DNA from: Hypanus sabinus
Taxonomy: Eukaryota
Direction of reading: 5' to 3'
Assembly: GCF_030144855.1 (NCBI RefSeq)
Contig: NC_082736.1
Location: 16,926,001 to 16,990,000, forward strand
DNA length: 64,000 nt
Below the pieces are notes generated by a model. The model saw only the letters and a program-made list of their open reading frames with translations, was not told the DNA's origin and did no database searches. Positions 39,082-49,262 of this stretch are shown here, in pieces. Every line of letters begins with the position of its first letter. Within the stretch, counting starts at the first letter, position 1. A program made the position numbers and the translations under genes.

Positions 39082-39260
39082 TTCCTCGTCGGTTTCAAAC
39101 ACAATAATAAGAAAAACTGTCCGGAGCGCGGATTAAATAGGCAGCGCCCGAAGTGGTATGTTAATGAGGATGGGAATGCTGAGCATTTCCATTGGCTGTC
39201 TGGAGAAACGAATCGCCAATCGGAACACTGGGGGATGGGAATCGGCGCCAATGTGTGGCG
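39082..39260 (-). promoter_or_regulatory. H2B promoter
   Basis: Minus-strand CTATTTAA (39133-39140), octamer variant CTCATTAACAT (octamer 39158-39165), and several CCAAT boxes at 39190-39252. Confidence 0.8.
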
Positions 39261-39717
39261 GTTGCCGCTGTCGTTTAATGCGGGAGGAAGTACAGAAGGG
39301 CAGAGACAGGCGGGGGTGCGGGCTGACATTGAAAAGAGAAACGCTAATTTCAAAAGCAGAATGAAAATAAAATAAGATGAAATATTGTAAAATTAACCAA
39401 GACGTTTAATTCATGACACAGGACAGCAGGAGAACGAAGGAGAGATTTGGACACAAATCGAGTTTATTTGTGCACAGGTGAAAGGAACAACGTATTTGTA
39501 GCAGCATCACAGACACAATGCATCAGAAACAACATTGACAAGAAACACGAGGAAATCTGCAGATGCTGGATCTATTTGAATATTTTGATATAATTCATAT
39601 TTAATTCCAGTGTTTCTTGTCAATCACCACACACAAAATGCTGGTGGAACAGTAATAAGCAGAAGCTGTCCAGAGCACGGACAGATGCCTGGCGCAGCCT
39701 CTGTAAGGAGAAGCACT

Positions 39718-39751
39718 GTCGACGTTTCGGGCCGAGACCCTTCATCAGGAC
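39718..39751 (-). ncRNA. Minimal type I hammerhead ribozyme motif (Penelope terminal repeat), intact core
   Basis: Minus strand GTC-CTGATGA-A-GGGT(CTCG)GCCC-GAAAC-GTC-GAC: CUGAUGA and GAAA core, stem II hairpin, GUC cleavage triplet, stem I GTC/GAC, palindromic ACGT stem III. Confidence 0.75.
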
Positions 39752-42700
39752 CCCAGTCCGAAACATCGACAGTGCTTCCCCTTATAGATGCTGCCTGGCC
39801 TGCTGTGTTCCACCAGCATTTTGTGTGTGTTGATGACAAGAAACACTGGAATTAAATATGAATTATATCAATATATTCAAATAGACAGAGGACTATCAGA
39901 ACAAAATCAAAATAACAAAGAGATTATGCGAGCAGTGGGAGAATAATCCCTCGTGCTTCTTCAGCTGGTCACTCTCGATTCAGAGTCACGCAACGCTGCC
40001 ACTTTGATCTGGCCCATGCCTTCATTCACCAGGCCCAATCCTTGTCTTTATTGGATCTTCCTCCTCCTTACACTAGTCATTGTGTTTATGGCTGTGTGGC
40101 CAGGGTTAGAAGGGGTGGGTGCCCCTTCTTAGGATTTGGTTTGAGGGTAGGGCTGGTGGATGTATATGTGGGACTGGGAGAGATAAGGCTGTGGAGTTTA
40201 GTATGGTGAGATATGTTGGGCTATGGTGGATAGGGTAGTGTAGTGGAGCCACTTTAATCTGGCTGATTCCTTTTATTAACGTGGTCTGACCCCACTTGGC
40301 TTAAAGAACCGGGTGTGCAAAGAGACACATCTTCAGTACTGCAACTTTGGGAGATTTGGGTCTTTAATCATGAGAATCCCGCGCCCAGGTGACCGAGCCA
40401 TGGTTGATCAGGCCCGTCTTGCGTTTATCCCATGGGCCAAGATAATGAGAGGCATGTAATTCTGCAAGTTGTGGGTATTTTAGACCTTGTTACTTGGTTG
40501 TATTTTGACCATTTGGAGAGTAGAATGTTCTGAGGCCTTGTAATCGGGCTTTACCTCCAAGTAAGGTTCATCTTCCCTACTTTAAATTTACATCTGTCTT
40601 TATTTTTCATCTGTGTGCCTGGGATTGCATGGGTTAAATTAACAGTGTTTACTGCAGTACAAACTAGTGATTAAGGTTGTGCAGATTTGTCCATAATTCC
40701 AAAATACAAAAATCTCTGAAATCCAGAACTTTTTCTGCTGACATGATGTCACAAATGGAGAATTTTACCAGGGTTAAATGGCTTGTCATATGAAGTGCGT
40801 TTCATGGCTCTGGGCCTCTCTTCACTGGAACTTCGAAGAAAGAAGGGTTACTGAATTGAAACCTATCAGATAGTGAAAGGGCTTGATTGAGTGGATGTGG
40901 AGAGGATTTTTCCTGTGGTGGGAGTGTGTAAAACCAAACCACACAGCTTCAAAATAGAGGGGCATCCTTTTAGAATGGAATTGAGGAGGAATTTCTTCAG
41001 CCAGAGAGTGGTGAATGGGTGGAATTTTTTTGCCACAGGCAGGTTCACTGGGTATACACTGAGGATACCCAATTCACTGGGTATAGGCAGATATTCATAG
41101 ATTCTTTATTGATAAGGGCATGAAGGGATACAAGGGAAGATAAGAGGTAAGAGGAAAAATTGATCAGTGATGATGAAATGGCAGAGCAAGCTCGATGGGC
41201 CAAATGGCTGAATTCTGCCCCTATATCTTATGGTCTTATGAACTTAGTGACGAAAACTCTCCCAGAGTCTGGTGATCTCAGCTTAGACACAACCCAACAC
41301 CTGAGGCTCCAGATTACTTATACAGGGAATACAGAAGTTCTTGGTTCTCTAATTAAAGAGATATCATCTCATTTCCTGAATGCATGTCACCTCATTCTGA
41401 AGTAAAAGAGTAATGAGTCGATGCTTCAGGCTGAGAACATTCACCCTGAGATCTGATGGAAGGGTCTCAGCCCGAAGTGTTAACTGTTTACTCTTTTTCA
41501 TACAGGCTGCCTCTACTGACGAGTTCCTCCAGCATTTTGTGTTCCTTTGGATTTCCAGCATCAACAGATTATCTCGTGTTTTTTACACCTCATTCTGAGG
41601 GTATTTTCCTCAGTTGTGCAGCTCTCATTCAGGGGAAAGATCCTCCTTGCCTACTGTCTGTCACATCCTGAAAGCATCTAACAGATTTCCTCGTTTTCTC
41701 ATTAACTGCAGGAATACAGACCCAGCCCACTCACTCTCCTCTCACTCTCACTCACTCTCCTCTCACGTAACCATCCCTGGAACCAGCCCAGTCAGTGTGG
41801 GGAACAGTCACTGAACTCCTTCTATTGCAGGGATATCCTTCCTGAGGAAGTGTGACCAAACCCGGACACTACATTCAAGGTGTGCTCTCATCAGGGCCCT
41901 ATAGAATCTCAGTGAGACATCTGTACCCCTCTTCTCCACTCCTTCTGGATCACAGGACAAAATACTGTTTGCCTCTCTCATCAATTGTTGTATCTGCATG
42001 TTAACTCAAGTGATTTGTTTACAACGACGCCCAGGTCCCTCTGCACATCCCTGTGTGGAAATGACTCTTAGTTTGTTCCTGGGAATGGGTGATCTCACAT
42101 TTCCCCACTTTCTGTTCCATCCGCCCCATCCTCAACCATTCACTCTCCTGGCTATCCTCCAAACTATTGACACTGTCCCTCCCGCTCTGCCACAGTAGCA
42201 GACATAGTCACTCAGTTATGCAGCACAGAATCAGGCCATTCAGCCCAATACATCCATGCTAACCAAGTGACCAAACAAAATCACTGTCAGTTACCTGCAT
42301 TTTCCCATGACCCTGTGAAACTTCCCTCTCCACAGTGCAACAGATATTGCAGTGGTGCCCATCTATACCATCACAGGTAGTTTGTTCCATGTAAACAGCG
42401 CATTCTGTGTACAAATCCTGCTCCTCATAGTCACATTTAAATCTTCCCTCTCTCACTTTATACCTGTAATCTCTAACTTCCAACGCCATGACCCTGGAGA
42501 TATCAGATTCACTACTGACCATATCAATGTCTGCCATTATTTTATCAGCCTCTCTAATGTCACATACACTCTGGTGAGGAAGTTCCAGCCTCCTGTAAAA
42601 TCCCTTTTGCACCCTCTCCAGTTTAATATCACCCTCTGATCACAGGGCAACTATAACTGTACGCCATGCTCCAAGAGTAGTTGCCCCAAGGCTGGTAGAG

Positions 42701-43149
42701 ATGTAATGTGACATCACAGTCCAGTGCCCAATACTCTAACCGACGAATGTATGTGTGGCAAACATCTTCTTCACCGTCCTGCCTACCTGTGTTTACACTT
42801 TGAAGGAATTTGATATCTACACCCCAATATCTCTGTTTTACAGCACTCCTAGGGACAGACCATTCCCCACGGCAGTTCTGCCCTGGTTCGTCAATGACAA
42901 TGGAACATCTCACATTTATCTGTCATTCCTCAAATCACTGACTTCATTGATCACCGTCGTGTTGTATCGCTAGTTACATTTTATTTCACCTTCCACAATA
43001 TCACCAACTTTTGAGACATCGGTAAATTTGCTGAGCCGGGCATTGATATTGTCAGCCGAATCTTCAATAAATGAACTGCAGCAGCAGACTTGACTCGTAT
43101 CCCCGTGCCACCCTATTGATCACAGATCTCTGTCTAAACAATGATTTAA

Positions 43150-43740
43150 AACACAAAAATACCTGCGAGTCTGCTGGAGTCGTCTATTGCATCCGATGCT
43201 CCCGGTGCGGCCTCCTCTACATCGGCGTGACCTTCGTCGAGCACCTACACTGTATGTCACAATAGACAGGGCCTCCCGGTAGCCACCCACTCTGTCTCTA
43301 ATTCCCATCGAGATATGTCCACACATGGCCTCCTCTACTGCCATGATGAGGCCAAACTGAGATTGGAGAAGCAACATCTCATCTACCGTCTGGGTAGCCT
43401 CCAGCCTGGTGGTATGAACATTAAATTCTCCAATTTCTGGTAATTCCCTCCCCCTCCCCCTATCCCAGGACCTTCTCTGCTTCTCTCCCCTTCCAACTTT
43501 CTGCTTCTTTATCTCTATAGTTCTTTCATGCTTATCCCCTCCCCTCCCCCCTTTTATCTTTCCTCTGACTGGTTCTACACCTGGTGCCTATAGGCCCTAC
43601 CCCCTCCCCTATCTCTATTACTGGGCTTCGGCCCCCTATTCCCCCCCATTCCTTATGAAGGTTCTCGGCCCGAAACGTTGTCTACTCTCTTCTCACGGAT
43701 GCTGCCTGACCTGCTGAATTCTTCCAGCGTTGTGTAAGAA
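43150..43740 (+). mobile_element. Penelope-like element 3' fragment (GIY-YIG endonuclease plus terminal repeat)
   Basis: TCESAGVVYCIRCSRCGLLYIG...VEH (GIY-YIG), pyrimidine-rich tract, ATGAAGG..CCCGAAACG tail. Confidence 0.85.
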
Positions 43741-44019
43741 AACAATGACCTTGTCTCCTACCACCAGGCCAATATTGTAGCCAGTGCCCTGGTTCTCGTG
43801 ATCTCTCCTTCCAGACGCGAGCATCACCAGCCTGAAGCTCACAGGCTTTTCCTTGCAGCAATACACACAATGGTGGAACTCAGCAGGCCAGGTAGCGAGG
43901 AAACAGCCGACGTTTCAGGCCTGGACCCTTCACCAGCATCTGCAGTTTCCTCTGTTCGGTTTTCCGTCGATCCTAAGTTACTGTATAACATAACCCATCC
44001 TCCAATCCTCTGCCACTAC

Positions 44020-44210
44020 TCCTGCCCGAGAAACGCGCAGAGAGACAAGAGAGGAGGAGACAGAGTCAGAGTGACGGACAGAGCCAAGACTAGCCTCTCA
44101 CCTTCCACACCCGCCAATTTCCAACTGTTTATCCGAAACACAGAGCACCAGAGAGAGGAAAAACTCACTCACGCACCACGTACATACTGAAGGAATTCTA
44201 GGAATTTACT
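44020..44210 (-). promoter_or_regulatory. Gene-less H4 promoter copy
   Basis: Reverse complement of the H4 promoter (CCTGCCCGAGAAACGCGCAGAGAGAC...CACACCCGCCAATTTCCAAC); truncated before the TATA box. Confidence 0.75.
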
Positions 44211-44690
44211 GGCGGTGGGACTTCATCCAATCGGAATACAGTGATATTGGCACAGAATTGATTTCAAATTGCCCGCCAATTTCACCCAGCAACGGTGCTT
44301 GATAACTTTTTAAAAAATTATTTACCATTAATTATATCACAAATTATACAATGTCATTTTCATTTAATATTTTTAATGTCTAATTCCCTCAGTTAAGATT
44401 TAAATGCGTAATTACGGAATCCTTTCTCTAAACGAGTGAACTGATTTCTGTCCAAGACTGATAAAAGGATTAAGATCGATCTTAATACATTCAGGATTTA
44501 CGGTAATCACCGATTAGAAAGGCGGAATCGCAGGAATATTTCAAGCGGAAACGATTAATCTGTTTCAAATGTAACTCAGCTGTCTGTATCGATAAAAATA
44601 ATTATAAGGTTGTGGACACGGCTCCGTCTGAGGCGGTGGGTGGCTCTTAGAAGAGCCTTTGTGTTGTTCTCGGAAGGAAGTGGGAGTTTT

Positions 44691-44990
44691 TCAGCCGCCG
44701 AAGCCATAGAGAGTGTGGCCCTGGCGTTTCAGAGCGTACACCACATCCATGGCAGTGACCATCTTGCGCTTGGCGTGTTCAGTGTAGGTGACCGCGTCCC
44801 GGATCACATGCTCCAGGAAAACCTTCAACACCCCGCGGGTCTCCTCGTAGATCAGACCCGAGATCTGCTTGACGCCGCCAAGGCGAGCCAGACGGCGGAT
44901 GCCCGGTTTGGTGATGCCCTGGATGTCATCACGGAGCACTTTACGGTGCCGCTTGGCTCCGCCTTTGCCTCCTTTCCCTTTGCCAGACAT
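44691..44990 (-). pseudogene. H4: Divergent histone H4 copy (open frame, probable pseudogene)
   Basis: 99-aa ORF with an in-frame GLGK deletion and R3K, N25D, A33G, R40L, R45Q, N64H, T80M, R95H. TATA and stem-loop GGCTCTTCTAAGAGCC (44642-44657) are intact. The promoter is interrupted at 45109-45274. Confidence 0.85.
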
Positions 44991-45143
44991 GATGCTGCTT
45001 CATTCAGATCGCTGCTCAGTGACAAAGCGACTGCTGCTGTCTCCTTTTATACACAGCGCCCCGACCTGCCCGAGAAACGCGCAGAGAGACGGAGGCGGGG
45101 AGGGGAGATATATATAATCTCTTACTATCTTTCCCTTCAGTCA

Positions 45144-45177
45144 GTCCTGACGAAGAGTCTCGGCCCGAAACGTCGAC
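45144..45177 (+). ncRNA. Minimal type I hammerhead ribozyme motif, near intact
   Basis: GTC-CTGACGA-A-GAGT(CTCG)GCCC-GAAAC-GTC-GAC, with one mismatch in stem II. Confidence 0.65.
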
Positions 45178-48054
45178 AGTGCTTCTCCTTAGAGATGCTG
45201 CCTGGCCTGCTGCGTTCCACCAGCATTTTGTGTGTGGTTTGAATTTCCAGCATCTGCAGATTTCCTCCTGTTTGCTCATCGTCCAGCTCCGCCTTCACTT
45301 TACAACACCCGCCAATTTCCAACGGTTTATCTGCAACACAGCGCTCAAGCCGAAAATAAACTCCCTCACACACACGTACAGTCTGGAGGATTTCTGGGAA
45401 TTTGCTGATTCTCCTGCTTTAAATTATAGGAAGTGATTTTCCATTTCGCAAATACTCGAGAACCTCGGTCTGTCCCTCCCAGACCCTATGACCAGTGCGA
45501 GCGCCCTCACACACAGCAGTTGGTGGGCAGTCACTTCCAGTGATGAGAGGGTTAATTCATTTGAACAATTGTTCCTCTGGGTCGCCAGGGAAATGAAAGT
45601 CCGGTCACATAAAGGAACAGGATAAGGCAGATATAAGGACATATAGACCGCACCTCTGGCGCCTTCTTAACCCCAGGTAAAGCGGTGGCTGAGGAGCTGG
45701 TGCGAGGTGGGTGGGGCTTCAGCTGCAAGGCCTTTCGAAGGAAAGGTGGAACGGGTACTTTGAGGAGGGGAGCTTTCTTCCTGCTACACGGAAGGGGTTA
45801 AACAAGCAGGGATGAGGTCCTACAAAGTGATTTTCGCGAACTCGAGAAAAAAAGTGGGACTTCCAGGATTGCAATCTCGGAATTATGCCCCAAACCATGT
45901 GCTGGTGTGGTGAGAATTCGATAATGCCTGCACTTTAATATGTTGATGATGATCTGATGCAGGAGTGAGGGCTTCAGATTCATGAATCAATGGGCTCTCT
46001 TCCAGGCAGGTGGGAGAGCGGGACAAACAAGACTATTTGCATCTGAACAGGAGGGGAACCAATATCCTCACCAGGAGGTTTGATGGTGTCACTTGGCAAA
46101 GTTTGCACTGGAGTAGCAAGTGGGAGAAAGTATGTATGACAAGACAGTCTGAAAAGAACGAGAGCCAATGTCAAGCTAATAAACATGCTGGGACTGATGG
46201 GCTGAAATGAGTTTATTTCAACATTAGAAGTATTCTGTTGTTGGAGGGACAGGGCTGGCAGCTCAACATTCCTGGGTTTCATTGCTTTACACTTGAGTTC
46301 TGGTCAGGTGGGTTTAACAGGAGCAGAGGTTACCCCACTGGGAATGTCACAACAAACTGGAAGGCTCACTTACAGATGCAAAATGCAGTTAGACTGAAAG
46401 GATTATCATACTGGACCCCAATAACCAGAGGGGGGACTTTAGCTTCCCTAGAATTGATTGAAACTTGCTTAATACTAAGATGCACAATATTTCTTCATTG
46501 AATCTGAAGAGTGTTTGAAACATTATGTATAGAGCCCAACAAGAGGAGAGAACAGACAGGAGGAATTAGTTTTGGAAAATGAGCCAGGAAAGCTGACAGT
46601 GAAGAGTCAGTGAATATTCTGGGATCTTATTTTTTTTCTTAGTTATGAGGAAGAATAAAAGCAGATCTTGTATGAAGGTACTGAATTGCAAGAGGGCAAG
46701 TTAGGACGGAGTAAGACAGAAGTCAAGGGGCATTGATTGGGAGCAGCCACTGTCAGACAAGTCCACATCTGACATGCGGGAGTTGTTTAAAGACTAGCAG
46801 ATCCGAGTTTGAAATTGAGGTACAGGATTTATCGACATTTGAAAAGGCATGGCTTGCTTAGGGACAATCAGCATGGTTTTGTTTGGGCAGATCACACTTG
46901 ACAAAATTGATCGAGGTTTTGGTGGTGGTGATACAGGTTATAAGATACAGGAGTAGAATTAAGCCATTTGGCGTATTTTTTTGTATCTACCCTCCATTTT
47001 GAAAATAGTCAACTTTTAATATTTCTTCAACCGAAATGCATGGCCATACACTTCCCAGTTCTGTATTCCATCTGCCACTTCTTTGCCCATTCTCTTCATC
47101 CGTCTGTCCCTCCCTATTTCCTCAAAAATATCTGCAGCTCCACCTCTCTCTTCATATCATCTGCAAATTTTGCAACAAATCCATTAATTCCATCATCAAT
47201 TTGGATAGGTATTTGGTCAGGAAAGGGATGGAGGATTATGGGCTGAGTGTAGGTTGGTGACACTAAGTGAGAGTAAGCATTCAGCACGGACTAGAAGGGC
47301 CCAGATGGCCTGTTTCCGTGCTGTGATTGTAATATAGTTATAAGAGACAGGTGGAGGCGCAGGTATTTTTGAGGAAATAAGGAAGGACAGATGAAGAGAA
47401 TGGGCAAAGAAATCACTGACATACAATGTAAAAATAATCAGTCCCAACATCCTGGTGCTTGATGAGGGCAAGACAGTGGACATGATCTCTACTGACCTTA
47501 GTGGGATTCAATATAAATTGCAATTTCAATTCAGAAATGGATTCCTCATAGAAGGCTATATAGGGCTGTAAGTCAATGTGCAGTGGTGATCCACTAGGAT
47601 TGGTGTTGGGAATTATGTTGTTTGTGATATATATCGATGTTTGGAGGAAAATGTTGATGGGTGGTTTACAAGTTTACATGTGACAGCAAGGTTGGTGGAA
47701 TTGTGGACAGTATAAATATTGATCAATGCATACAGTGGGATATAGATCACAAACATATGCAGAGAAGTTGCAGAAGGAACTTAATCTGGGAGGGAATATG
47801 GTATTGTACTTTGGGAGGTCAAATGAAAGAAGAAAGGTTAATGTTAATGATTGACCCCTTCACAGCATTGGTGAAAAGAGTGATCTTGGGGATCTTGGGA
47901 TCCAGGCACATAGCTCACTGAACATGGCTACACAACGGGATAAGTTGTACAGAATGCTGGTCCCCACCGGTCAGGGTGTTGAGTATAAGAGTAAGGGAGT
48001 CCTGTATTAAGACAGGCATACAAACATACAGGGAATGGACCATGTCGGGGTAGG

Positions 48055-48780
48055 TCAACTTTTGGCAGTGTGAAGGATAAGAGGGATCTTGGGGTGCGAG
48101 TCCATAGGATACTCAAAGCAGCTGCGCAGGTTGGCTCCGCGGTTAAGAAAGCATATGATGTATTGGCCTTCATCAATCATGGGAATGAATTTAGGAGCCA
48201 AGAGGTAATGTTGCAGCTATACCCGACCATGGTCAGACCCCACTTGGAGTACTGTGCTCAGTTCTGGTTGCCTCACTACAGGAAGTATATGCAAGACATA
48301 GAAAGGTTGCAGAGGAGATTTACAAGGATGTTGCCTGGAATGGGGAGCATGCCTTATGAGAATAGGTAGAGTGAACTTGGCCTTTTCTCCTCGGAATGAA
48401 GGAGTATGAGAGGTGACCTGATAGAGGTGTACAAGATGATGAGAGGCATTGATCGTGTGGATTGTCAGAGACTTTTACAAGGGCTGAAATGGTTGCCACA
48501 AGAGGACACAGGTTTAAGGTGCTGGGGAGTAGGTACAGAAGAAATGTCAGGGGTAAGTTTTTTTAATCAGAGAGTGGTGAGTGCGTGGAATTGGCTTCCA
48601 GCAATGGTGGTGGAGGCAGATACGATAGGGTCTTTTAAGATGCTTTTAGATAGGTACATGGAGCTTAGTAAAATAGAGGGCTCTAGGTAAGCCTGGTAAT
48701 TTCTGAGGTAGGGACATGTTCGGCACAACATTGTGGACTGATGGGCTTGTATTGTGCTGTAGGTTTTTTTGTTTCTATGA
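48055..48780 (+). mobile_element. CR1 3' fragment
   Basis: RDLGVRVH...VRPHLEYCAQFW; same subfamily as 13668-14322. Confidence 0.85.
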
Positions 48781-49262
48781 CTGAACTTGACTCCAAGGGT
48801 ATTCAGTGACTTGGAAATATTCTTGTATCAATCTCCTGACTTGTACTTTTCAATAAGCTTTTTGCAGAGCTGCTTGGAGTGTTCTTTTGTCTTCATGGTG
48901 TAGTTTTTGCCAGGGTACTGACTAGTGTAATTTTATTACAATCAATTGAAATACCTTGACTGCACATGGTGATCTCCATTTAACTGATAATGTAAGTCCT
49001 AAAACCAATTGGCTGCACCAGTGATGATTTGGTGTGTTATATTAAAGGGGGTGAATACATATACAGATAATTATATTGTGTTTTATATCTGTAATTAATT
49101 TAGAGCACTTTGTAGAGATCTGTTTTCACTTTGACACGAGAGACTTCTTCTGTTGATCAGTAAAAAAAAAAGCCAAATTTAATCCACTGTGATTCCATAT
49201 TGTAAAACAATAAAATGTGAAAACTTCCAAGGGGCATGAATACTTTTCATAGGCACTTTACA
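48780..49262. mobile_element. Tc1/mariner transposon end (IR/DR type)
   Basis: Inner AAGGGGGTGAATAC (about 49045) and outer AAGGGGCATGAATACTTTTCATAGGCAC repeats, resembling a degenerate Tc1 CAGTG-type terminus. Confidence 0.65.

Noticed and set aside
39082-39102. N-terminally extended H2B (MFETDEE) and the similar H2A extension from 30115
   Set aside because: The extensions start at non-ATG codons in the 5'UTR; the true ATGs are 39081 and 30085.
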